Positions 46,601 to 56,300 of a stretch of DNA of 64,000 nucleotides are shown here, one piece after another. Where the stretch lies: contig JAAFKB010000007.1 in assembly GCA_013299055.1 (NCBI GenBank), positions 202 through 64,201 of the forward strand, read 5' to 3'. How positions within the stretch are numbered: position 1 is the stretch's first letter; each line of letters begins with the position of its first letter. The notes below the pieces were generated by a model. The model was not told the DNA's origin, searched no databases, and worked only from the letters and a program-made list of their open reading frames with translations. The DNA comes from Sphaerotilus sp. GTDB lineage: Bacteria > Pseudomonadota > Gammaproteobacteria > Burkholderiales > Burkholderiaceae_C. The position numbers were made by a program, and so were the translations under genes.

Positions 46601-48993
46601 CGCTGCGCACCACCGACGGCCGCACGACCACCCGCTCGTTCTGGCAGGTGGTGCAGGGCACGACGGGGCAGGGCGGGCGCTCGACCTCGCCCGTGCTGGT
46701 CGAACACCGCACAGGCGCCACGCCGCGCCTGTGGAGCGTCAATCCCGACCATGGCAGCGTCAGCGTCTTCGACCTGGCGATGAACACCCGCGTGGCGGTC
46801 ATTCCCGTCGGCGCCCAGCCGCGCACGCTGGCGCTGGCGCCGGACGGCCGGATCTGGGTCGCCAACCAGGAAAGCGCGTCGCTGAGCGTCCTGTCGCCCA
46901 GCACGCTGGCGGTGGTGCAGACGGTGCTGATGCCGCGGGCGTCGCAGCCTTACGGCGTGCTGGTCGCGGCCGATGGCACGGTGCTGGTGTCGCTGGAAGC
47001 CAGCGGGCGGGTGGCCCGGGTGTCGGCGGCGGGTGTCGTGGGCACCACGGCCGAGGTCGGGCCGAACGTGCGGCATCTTGCGCTGAACGCGGCCGGCAAT
47101 CGCCTGCTCGCGACCCGTTTCATCACGCCACCGCTGCCGGGCGAAGGCACGGCCGTGGTGCAGACCAGCGCGGGTGGTGCGCCGAAGGGCGGCGAGCTGC
47201 TGGTGCTCGATCCGGTGACGCTGGCGCGGCAATCCACCGTGGTGCTGCAGCACAGCGAGCGTCCGGACACGACCATCGGGGGCCGCGGCATCCCGAACTA
47301 CCTTGGCGCACCCGTGATCGCGCCGGACGGCCGCAGCGCCTGGGTGCCGTCCAAGCAGGACAACGTGCAGCGCGGGGCCTTGCGTGACGGACTGGGGCTG
47401 ACCTTCGAGACGACGGTGCGCGCCGTCAGCTCGGTGATCGACCTCGGCACGCTGACCGAAGCCACCGCCGCCCGGGTGGACCACGACAACGCCGGGGTGG
47501 CGAGTGCCGCGGCCTTCCACCCGACGGGCGCGTTCCTGTTCGTCGCGCTGGAGGCCAGCCGGCACGTCGCGGTGGTCGATCCGGTGGGCCGGCGCGAGCT
47601 GTTCCGCCTCGACGTGGGCCGGGCGCCGCAGGGCGTGGCGGTGTCGGCGGATGGGTTCACGCTCTACGTCCACCACTTCATGGACCGCAGCATCGGCGTG
47701 TTCGACCTGCGCCCGCTGCTGCAGCGTGGCGAGGCGTCGGCGCCGACGGTGGCAACGCTGGCGGCCACGGCCAGCGAGGTGCTGCCGGCGGCGGTGCTGC
47801 GCGGCAAGCAGTTCTTCTACGACGCCCGCGATCCGCGACTGGCACGCGATGGCTACATGAGCTGCGCAGCCTGCCACCACGACGGTGGGCACGACGGCCG
47901 CACCTGGGACTTCACGGGCCAAGGGGAAGGGCTGCGCAACACGCTGAGCCTGCGCGGCCGTGCGGGGGGTCAGGGGCGGCTGCACTGGAGTGCCAATTTC
48001 GACGAGGTGCAGGACTTCGAGGGCCAGATCCGCACGTTGCAGCAGGGCACCGGCCTGATGACCGAGGCCCAGTTCACCGCCGGCACCCGCCGCGATCCGC
48101 TGGGCGACCGCAAGACCGGCGCCAGTGCAGACCTGGATGCGCTGGCGGCGTATGTCACCTCGTTGTCCAGCCATGCGCCGACGCCGTACCGCCAGGCCGA
48201 CGGCGCACTGACGGCCGACGCGGTGGCGGGCCGCAGCGTGTTCGCGGGCCGCTGTGTCGCCTGCCACAGCGGTGCGGACTTCACCGACAGCGCGGCCGGT
48301 GCCCTGCGCAATGTCGGCACGCTCAAGCCGGCCAGCGGCCAGCGCCTGGGCGCGACGCTGACCGGGCTGGACACGCCGACGCTGCGCGATGTCTGGTCGA
48401 CCGCGCCGTATCTGCACGACGGCTCGGCGGCGACGGTCGAGGCGGCTGTCCAGGCGCACACCACGCTGTCGCCCACGCTGACCGCCACCGAACTGGCGCA
48501 GGTCAGCGCCTATGTGCGCCAGATCGGCCGCGAAGAGCCCTCGGCGCCAACCCCGACCGCGGCAGGCACCGGCCTGCGTGGCGAGTACTTCGCCGGCACC
48601 ACGCTGGCCGGCTTGCCCCTGCGCACCACCGCCGAGGCCGTCAACTTCAACTGGGACCGCAGCGCCCCGGCGGCGGGCGTGCCGGCCGACAACTTCTCGG
48701 TGCGCTGGAGCGGCTGGGTCGAGGCCCCTGCGGCGGGCGGTGTCGTGTTCCAGACGCGCTCGGATGACGGCGTGCGCGTCTGGGTGAATGGTGCGCAGGT
48801 GATCAACAACTGGACCGACCACGGCGCGACCGACAACACCAGTGCCGCGGTCACGATGGCCGCCGGGCAGCGGCTGCGCATCGTGGTCGAGTACTACGAG
48901 CGCGGTGGGCAGGCCGTGATGGCCCTGCGCTGGCGCACGCCTGGCGCCGCCACGTTCACGCCCATTCCAGCCAACCGCCTCTACCTGCCATGA
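43639..48993 (+). CDS. Multidomain lipoprotein: galactose-oxidase-like copper radical oxidase, Ig, F5/8, F-type lectin, PKD, YVTN propeller, di-heme cytochrome c peroxidase-like domain, PA14
   Basis: Lipobox LVAC; HDMFCPG, RGYQ, GGSWSGG, RNYHS, STTH; THT..RTDCCADRL; WDFGDG; CAACH, LHWSANFDEVQDFE, CVACH, TPTLRDVWSTAPYLHDGS; FSVRWSG..SDDGVRVWV. Confidence 0.88.
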   Translation: MPRSASLARRLPLALWLLTAAALVACNSEEAGAPDEQASSTGTTTAPAAQTRRQALAVVQPNLARWSAVKALPLVPVSAANLPDGRILMWSAEEKFSFGGSGRTYSLTYDPVSQAVTERLVNETGHDMFCPGTTNLADGRLLVNGGLDSAKTSIFNPATGTWTSSALMNIPRGYQANTLLPDGGVLTLGGSWSGGVGNKHGEVWTEAGGWRRLTGVPIDSFLSPDPSRNFGGDSHFWLIPAGNGRVFHAGPGVNLHWIDARGTGSVTSAGRRGDDEFSVSGNTVMYDAGKVLKTGGAPAYDSAQANANSYVIDLNGGVAVRKLQPMAYRRAFHNSVVLPNGQVVVLGGQTFAVGFSDANAVLAPELWDPETETFTTLPAMTVPRNYHSIALLLPDGRVMSAGGGLCGAGCAANHADMEVLSPPYLFNADGTPATRPVITAAPTVAGHGQTIEVTTDGASAVAAFSIVRMSSTTHAVNNDQRRLPLTFRALGGNRYAVDIPTNGGLALPGQWMLFALNAAGTPSVSAPLRLTLDGSPQLAPVADQASTVAGPIGFTPQVTLPSGTVATWRATGLPAGTTIDPVTGRISGTPTAAGTFRITVFVSAGGRTVSTDFVWNISNPGATRYVRLEALSEVNGNPWSSAAEIELLGTDGRPLPRAGWTATADSAETTGENGSAANVLDGNPATIWHTTWSAPAAPMPHWIVLDMQRAAEVTGLRYLPRGNTPNGTIRQYRISLSVDGVNWGTPVASGDFTQLDPSATAEKVIHFDNVARGRTASQSSQFEAGAAARAVDGNTDGAWAGNSVTHTQSDAGAWWEVDLGRVHDLHAVRLWNRTDCCADRLTNFHVFASDTPMTGRTLAALLADTTVWRRSVATTAPRALRLDALGGRGRYVRVQLAGTNFLQLAEVEVHGRPAADTPPPVTLPTLQPMTVAPVAVGGTVSWTAAPSLAGSYTYQWDFGDGSPATAWSASPSASRVYAAAGVYTVTVTLRTTDGRTTTRSFWQVVQGTTGQGGRSTSPVLVEHRTGATPRLWSVNPDHGSVSVFDLAMNTRVAVIPVGAQPRTLALAPDGRIWVANQESASLSVLSPSTLAVVQTVLMPRASQPYGVLVAADGTVLVSLEASGRVARVSAAGVVGTTAEVGPNVRHLALNAAGNRLLATRFITPPLPGEGTAVVQTSAGGAPKGGELLVLDPVTLARQSTVVLQHSERPDTTIGGRGIPNYLGAPVIAPDGRSAWVPSKQDNVQRGALRDGLGLTFETTVRAVSSVIDLGTLTEATAARVDHDNAGVASAAAFHPTGAFLFVALEASRHVAVVDPVGRRELFRLDVGRAPQGVAVSADGFTLYVHHFMDRSIGVFDLRPLLQRGEASAPTVATLAATASEVLPAAVLRGKQFFYDARDPRLARDGYMSCAACHHDGGHDGRTWDFTGQGEGLRNTLSLRGRAGGQGRLHWSANFDEVQDFEGQIRTLQQGTGLMTEAQFTAGTRRDPLGDRKTGASADLDALAAYVTSLSSHAPTPYRQADGALTADAVAGRSVFAGRCVACHSGADFTDSAAGALRNVGTLKPASGQRLGATLTGLDTPTLRDVWSTAPYLHDGSAATVEAAVQAHTTLSPTLTATELAQVSAYVRQIGREEPSAPTPTAAGTGLRGEYFAGTTLAGLPLRTTAEAVNFNWDRSAPAAGVPADNFSVRWSGWVEAPAAGGVVFQTRSDDGVRVWVNGAQVINNWTDHGATDNTSAAVTMAAGQRLRIVVEYYERGGQAVMALRWRTPGAATFTPIPANRLYLP

Positions 48994-49466
48994 CACCACG
49001 CCGCTCTGCCCGCTGGCTGCCGCTGGGACTCAGTGCGCTGCCGGTGCTGGTCGCGTCGACCTGGCTGCTGACCACCGGGGCCCCACCGGCTCGACCGCCT
49101 GCGTCGGCTGAGTCCACGCACGGTGCCGCGCTGTGGGCGGGTGCGCAGCCACTCGACGGGCGCATCGCAGGCCATGCCCAGCGGTTGCCGCCGTCGGCGA
49201 CACGCTGCATCAACTGCCACGGGTCTGCCGTGGCCGATCCAGCACGGGACAGCACTGCGCCATCCCTGACCGCGCAGCATTTGCTGCGCGGTCAGCCGCG
49301 CCGGGGCGGGCCGCCCTCGCGCTACGACGCGGCGTCGTTCTGCACGCTGCTGCGCACGGGCGTGGACCCGGCGGCGGTGCTGCTGCCACGCCAGATGCCG
49401 CGTTACACGGTCGCCGAGACCGACTGCCGGGCGCTGTGGACGTTTCTCGTGGCGGAGGGTGCATGA
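48990..49466 (+). CDS. Mono-heme c-type cytochrome
   Basis: Signal/TM segment; CINCH; distal QMPRY; ATGA overlaps on both sides. Confidence 0.8.
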   Translation: MTPRRSARWLPLGLSALPVLVASTWLLTTGAPPARPPASAESTHGAALWAGAQPLDGRIAGHAQRLPPSATRCINCHGSAVADPARDSTAPSLTAQHLLRGQPRRGGPPSRYDAASFCTLLRTGVDPAAVLLPRQMPRYTVAETDCRALWTFLVAEGA

Positions 49467-50056
49467 ACCGGCGGCGCGCATGCCTGGGGCTGGCGGGCTG
49501 GATGGGCCTGGGCGCGCTGCCGCCGGTCCACGCCCATGGTCTGCTCGGGCCGGTCACGCCACCGCTGGCGCTGCCGGCGGTGGCCTTGACGCTGGATGAC
49601 GGGCGGCGCGTGCCACTGGCCAGCGTGCTGCAAGGGCGGCTGACGGCGCTGCAGCTGATGTTCACGGGCTGCAGCGCGCTGTGCCCCGTGCAGGGCGCCG
49701 TGTTCGCCGAACTGCAGAGCCTGGTGCTGCGCGGCACGGCGCCGGCCGGGACGGTGCGACCACAGGCGCTGCAGCTGCTGTCGGTCAGCATCGACGTGCT
49801 GGGCGACGATGCGCGCACGCTGGCGGCCTGGCGCGCGCGTTTCGGGGCGGGGCCGCAGTGGCGGGCGGCGGTGCCGGACCCGGCGGGCATCGACCCCTTG
49901 CTCGACCTCCTGCGCGGCCGTACCGGCGGACCCGATCGCCACACGACGCAAGTGTTCGTGCTGGACGGCCGCGGCAGACTCGTGTACCGCTGTGCGGAGC
50001 TGGCGGCGGCCGAGTCAGTGGCTCAGGTGCTGCGCCAGCGTCAGCTTGTCGCGTGA
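49463..50056 (+). CDS. SCO1/SenC-family copper chaperone
   Basis: RRR signal peptide; FTGCSALCP (CxxxC), LLSVSID, conserved His in RHTTQVFVLD. Confidence 0.85.
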   Translation: MNRRRACLGLAGWMGLGALPPVHAHGLLGPVTPPLALPAVALTLDDGRRVPLASVLQGRLTALQLMFTGCSALCPVQGAVFAELQSLVLRGTAPAGTVRPQALQLLSVSIDVLGDDARTLAAWRARFGAGPQWRAAVPDPAGIDPLLDLLRGRTGGPDRHTTQVFVLDGRGRLVYRCAELAAAESVAQVLRQRQLVA

Positions 50057-50394
50057 TTATTTCAGTTCGGGATGGTCTGCACCATGGAGAGGCATTGACA
50101 GGCGGCTACTACCGCGTTTTCCCGCCCTGATGATGTGAATCTGAAGTGGCAAATGTGAAAATATTGTCACAAGTCATATCAAAAAGAAGGTACTGCTCAG
50201 GTTCAACTGCGTGATTTTCTAGGCGATTTCCGGTCAAAAATGGAACGACCCATACTGCCGACCTGTGCCCGTCTACCGCGTACGGTTAGCCTGCGGTCCA
50301 TCGAAAAGAGCGATCGCAGGCTCATCCATTGAGTCTTCGGGCAGGATCTCCGGACCCGTCCTGCGCACGACCCACAAGAAAATCAAGGCTGGCC

Positions 50395-53300
50395 ATGTCC
50401 TCGACTACCGCTGTTGCACGCTGCCTCCAGGCGTGTTTTTTCCGCTGCGCCACGCTGGTGCGGCACGCTCCGCTCTGGTGGGCCTTGGCCTGGCTCGGGC
50501 TGGGGAGTCCCTGGCTGGCGCCGGCCGCGCAGGCGGCGTCCTTCAACTGGACTGCGGCGAGCTGCGTCGGCGCGGCCCCCTGCACCGGTGTCGGCGGCAT
50601 CACCCGCTTCAGCAACGCCGTTTCCGGGGCCAATCCGCGCGACATCCTGGTCGAGGTCATCTCCAACACCAACGGCGCCAGCGTCAACGGCAGCATCGTC
50701 GGTGCCGTGACCAGCGGCGTCGCCCACATCGACGGCCGCGTCAACACCAACCTCACGCCCTCGGCGGTGTCGCAGGTGCGCTTCCGGCTGCGCTTCGTCA
50801 CGGTGGGCACCACCACCGACAACCCGCTGCCCGGCCCGGTCTACTTCACCAGCCTGGACACCGACGGCATCCTCAGCCCGACGGTCGGTGGCTACCGCGA
50901 ACGCTTCGAGATCATCACGCCGACCACCAACCTGGTCATCGGCCCCCAGCTGGAGACGACCGGCGCACTGGCGGGTGGTCAAGCCTATGCCCCCAAGGTC
51001 TGCACGGCTGCCGACGTGAGCCAGCCCGGCTGCAATGACCCTGCCTATGGTGGTGTTGGCAACTACGTCTTCTATTCGCTGCTGAACCCTACGCCCAATG
51101 TCGCGGCGACAGCGGTCTACACCGGCGTGGTCGGCAACATCGACTTCGCGTTTGGTCTGGAAGTCCCCGCGGTCGGTGCCGGCACGAATCCCCCGTCGCC
51201 CCGCGAGTCCTTCCGCCAGTTCGGCATCGCCGGCGGTGTGCCGGACGCCGACATGGTGCCCACCCCGATCACCTGCACGCCCAACCCGGTCGCCGCCGGT
51301 GCACCCACCACCTGCGCGCTGACCTGCACCAACAACGGCCCCGATGCGGCGATCAACCCGTCGTGTGACTTCACCGGCACGCTGCCCGCCGGGGCCGTGC
51401 GCAGCGCCGGTTGCGGCACCTTGACCGGTCTGCTCGCCAGTGGCGGCAGCCGTGCCTGCAGCATCACCTTCACGCCGACCGTCGGCGGCCTGCTCAACCT
51501 GACGGGCGGCACCACCGCGCTCAACGACACCAACGGAGGCACCGTGGTCACGGCTGGCAACAACCCGGCCACGGGCTCAGTGAACGTGACTGCACCCACC
51601 ACGGCAGACATGGTTCCGGTGTTCAGCAACCTGCCGACCCTGCTCAGCCCCGGCACCCGCTACAGCGGCTTGACGCTGACCTGCGGCAACGCCGCGGGCG
51701 GTGCCGCTGCGCTGGCCGCCAGCTGCGCACCGGGTGTTTCCGCCGGCACCGTGACCGGGGTGGCGTGTGCGCCCGCCAGCGGCAGCACCGTGGCCGCTGG
51801 TGCCAGCGTGGTCTGCACCTTCGACTACACCAGCCCCGGCACCGCCGGCGGCAGCGACACCGCCGACACCGCCATCACCTTCACCGGCACCACTGGCGCC
51901 ACCAACGACGCCAACCTCGCCAACAACACCGCCACCGCCGACATCGCCCTGATCGACGCCCTGGACGAAGCGATGACCACCCCCTACGGCACGGCGGTCA
52001 CCCTGTCCATCCGCGTCAACGACAGCCGCGGGACCACGGCGGCCACGTTCGGCAACACGACCGTGACCCTGCTGAGCGTACCGACCCCCGGCTCTGCCAT
52101 CGACCTCTCCAGCGGCCTGTTCAGCACCACCGCCACCACCCCGCCCGGCACCTACACGGTCACCTACCAGCTCTGCGCCAGCCCTGCGCTGACGCCCGCA
52201 GTCTGTGACACGGCCACGGCCACCATCGTCGTCGGCCCTGGCGCGGACATGGTGCCCACCTTCGGCCCGCTGCCCGGCGTCGTCCATCCCGGCCAGCTCT
52301 ACACCGGCCTGACGCTGAACTGCACCAACGTCGCCGGCGGCAACAGCGCCGCCACCGCCCGCGGCACGCTCTGCCAGCCACAGGCCAGCGTCGGCACGGT
52401 CAGCAACGTCGTCTGCAACCCGCTGGTCGGCGCGGAGGTCGCCAGCGGCGCGGTGCAGACCTGCTCCTTCTCCTACCTGGCCCCCGGCACCCAGGGCGGC
52501 ACCGACGAGGCCACCACCGCCGTCACCTTCACCGGCACGACCGGCGCTGCCAACGACCTCAACGGCGGCGTGACCACGGGCGGCAACAACCTGGCCACGG
52601 CCACCACCGTGGTCATCGACGCGCTCGACGACACCACCGGGCGGGCGGGCGGCCTGACGGCGCAGACCTTCGCGCTCGACACCAACGACCAGTTCCCCGC
52701 CGGCAGCGTCTTCAGCCTGCGTGCGGGTGGCACCTGCGCCAGCGCCAGCGTGGGCAGCACCGGGCTGGCCACCTACGACGTGCCCGCCAGCGGCACCTGC
52801 ACCGTGCCGTACCAGGTCTGTGCCCCGGCGCCGGACACGACGGCCTGCGACACCGCCACGCTCACCGTCACGGCCACCGCGGCGGACATGGCGGCGGCGT
52901 TCAGCGGCCTGCCGAGCGCGCTGCGTCCTGGGCAGGTGCTCACCGGGCTGGGGCTGACCTGCACCAACGTCGCCGCCAGCGGTGCGGCCGCGGCCGCGAC
53001 CTGCACCCCCACGGCCAGCGCTGGCACGGTCTCGGCCGTCGTCTGCAATCCGGCGGTGGGCGGGACGGTGGCGTCCGGTGCGGCCATCGCCTGCACCTTC
53101 ACCTACACGGCTCCCGGTGTCCAGGGTGGTGCCGACGAGCCTGCGCTGTCCGTGGTCTTCACCGGCACGACCGGCGCCGCGAACGACACCAACGCCGTCA
53201 ACGACGTGGTGCAGACGACCGCCACGGTGGTGGACGCCGTCGACGACAACATCGGCCAACCGGGTGGCAGCACCGGCCGCACCACGCCGCTGGCGCCGAA

Positions 53301-56300
53301 CGACCAGTACCCGGTCGGCAGCCGCTTCACCGGCACCGGCGGCACCTGCGCCAACGCCAGCGTCAACCCCAGCGGTCTGGCCACCTACGACGTGCCCGCC
53401 AGTGGCGCCTGCACCGTCACCTACCAGGTCTGCGCCCCCGCCCCGGAGGCGACCACCTGCGACTTCGCCACGCTGACCGTCACGGCAGGCGCGGCCGATC
53501 TCTCGCCGGTGTTCACGGGTCTGCCGCGTGTGGTCGGCCCCGGCCAACGCTACACCGGCCTCACGCTGACCTGCGCCAACGGCGCGGGTCTGGCCACCGC
53601 CACCGCGCCCACCTGCGCCCCGACGGCCTCGGTCGGCACGGTCGGCGATCTGGTGTGCAGCCCGACACCGGGCGCCGACCTCGCCGCTGGCGCCGCGATC
53701 ACCTGCACCTTCTCGTACACGGCCCCTGGCGTGCGCGGTGGTGTGGATGAGCCGGCCCTCGACGTGGTGTTCCGCGGCCAGACCGGCGCGGTCAACGACA
53801 GCAATGGCGGCACCAGCGCCAACGGCAACAACCTGACGCTGGCCTCGGCCACGCTGGTCGATGCCCTCGACGACACCGACACCAAGCCTGCCGGCCTGAC
53901 GGGGCAGACCAGCAACGTCGCCAGCAACGACCAGTACCCCGCTGGCAGCACCTTCACCCGCACCGGCGGCAGCTGCGCCTTCGCCAGCATGGCCCCGACC
54001 GGCATCGCCACCTACGACATGCCCGCCAGCGGTGCCTGCACGGTGGTCTACCAGGTCTGCGCGCCCGCGCCGGAGGCAGCGTCCTGCGACACCGCCACGC
54101 TCACCGTGACGGTCAACTCCTCTGACATGGTGCCCACCTTCGCCGGTCTGCCGACGGTGGTGCGCCCGGGCCAGTCGATCACCGGCCTGAGCCTGACCTG
54201 CCGCAACACCACGGGTCTGGCCGCGGCCACCGGCGCGCTGTGCCAGCCGGCAGTCTCGATCGGCACGCTCACCAACCTGCAATGCACCCCCGCCACCGGC
54301 AGCACCGTGGCGGACGGCGCCAGCATCGTCTGCACCTTCGGCTACACCACCCCCGGCACGGTGGGCGGCAGCCGTGAAACCGTGGCTTCGGTCGTCTTCA
54401 CCGGCACCACCGGCGCCAGCAACGACGGCAACGGCGGCCTGACCACGGGCGGCAACAACAGCGTCAGCAGCGCCGCTGCGCTGGTCGACGCGGTCAACGA
54501 CGGTCCCGCCACCGTGCCGAGCACCGGCGCGCGCGTGCCGCTGTATGGCAACGACACGCTGGGCGGCGCAGCGGTCGCCGTGGTCCAGGTCGTGCCCACG
54601 CTGGTCGACACCAGCAGCCTGATCGGCGCCAGCGTGGACGCCGCGACGGGTGAACTCGTGGTGCCGGCGGGTGCCGTGCCCGGTGCCTACACGCTGACCT
54701 ACCAGCTCTGCGCCGCCAGCGCGCCGACGGTGTGCGACCAGGCCACCGTCACCGTCAACGTGCAGGGCGCGGACATGGTGCCGACCTTCTCGGGTCTGCC
54801 CGCCGCCACGTCGCCCGGTGTTCCCGTCACGGGCACGCTGACCTGCACCAACAACGGTCCGACCGCGGCCACCCAGGCGACCTGCGCCGCACCGGGCGCC
54901 ACGGTCGGCGCCTGCACGGTGGGCGGTGTCGCCGTGGTGCTGCCGGTGGCGAACCTGTCCGCGGGCAGCGCCATCGTCTGCGCCATCACGGCCACGGCGC
55001 CGGCCAATGGGCTGCTGGCCCTCACCGGCGTGACCGGTGCCACCAACGACACCGTGGGCGGCACTGGCACCGGCGGCAACAACAGCACCACGGCCACGCT
55101 GTCGGTGATCGATGCCGTCAACGATGGCCCTGTCACGCTCCCCGCCGCGGGTGGAACCATCGCCCTGTTGGGCAACGACACCCTCGGCGGCACCGCCATC
55201 ACCCCCGTCCAGGTCTCGGTCACGTTGACGAACCTGGGTGGGCTGACCGGCGCCATGGTCGATGCGCAAGGCCGTGTTGCCGTGCCCGCGAACACGGCGC
55301 CCGGTGCCTACACGCTGACCTACCAGATCTGCGTCAGCCCGGCGGTGATCCCGGCGGCGTGCGACACGGCGACGGTGGTGGTCAACGTGCTGGGCGAGCC
55401 GGACCTGCAAGTCGGCAAGACCCACAGCCCGGCGGTCTTCACCGAGCGCCGCACGGGCACCTACACCATCACGGCGCGCAACTCCGGCGCCTTCCCGACC
55501 AGCCTGCCGTACACCGTGGTGGACACGCTGCCGGCCGGCATGACGGTGGCTGCAGTCCCGACCGGCACCGGCTGGGACTGCAGCACCACGGCCCTCGGCG
55601 CCACCACGGCGACCTGCACGTCGAGCACGGTGGTCGCGGCGGGTGGCTCCGCTCCGGCGATCACGCTGGTGGTCCACGTCGCGGCGGGCGCCTGCGCCAC
55701 GCCGGACGCCAACGGGCTGTGCTCGGTCGCGGCCGGCACGGCGCTGGTCAACCAGGTGGGCATCCGCGGTGGTGGCGAGTCCGGCACCGGCCCCACCGGC
55801 ACCAACAACACCGGCACCGACCCGACGCCGGTCCAGCAAGCCGGCGCCGTGTCGGGCCGCGTCTGGGTCGACACCAACCACGACCGCGTGCAAGGGGGCG
55901 GCGAATCCGGTGTGGCCGGGATGCGCGTCGAGGTCCTCGATGCCACGGGTGCCGTGGCGGGCACCGCGACGACCGACGCGCTGGGCGACTACCGCGTGGA
56001 CGCACTCCTGCCGGGCACGGGCTATGCGGTGCGTTTCGTCGATCCGGTCAGCGGCGCCTACTACGGGCGTCCGCTCTCCAACGACCCGGCCGGTGGCAAC
56101 GACCCGACCGCCGCCAGCGGCACCGGCGTCGTCACCAGCGGCATGATCCGCGATCTCACCGTGCCGTCCGGCCAGCGGGCGCGGATCAACCAGAGCCTGC
56201 CCCTGGACCCGAGCGGCATCGTCTACGGCACCGACACGCGCACGCCAGTGGGCGGCGTGCGGGTCGAGCTGCTCGACGCGGCGGGCACGCTGGTGCCGGC

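Noticed and set aside
43939-48999. 1686-aa minus-strand ORF (likewise 51577..57609, 57144..61052, 25932..29582, 18095..20935, 22916..25873, 1687..3444)
   Set aside because: Antisense shadows of well-supported genes in high-GC DNA; low-complexity Arg/Gly/Ala translations with no family motifs.
50154-50171. CRP-like site TGTGA-N8-TCACA upstream of the adhesin
   Set aside because: The spacer is 8, not the canonical 6; a single instance cannot be assigned. A nearby hairpin (about 50288..50322) does not show c-di-GMP riboswitch consensus.
51604-55398. Tandem repeats as a CRISPR array or DGR template
   Set aside because: The repeats are long, in-frame, diverged coding units; there are no short identical repeats with spacers, cas genes or reverse transcriptase.
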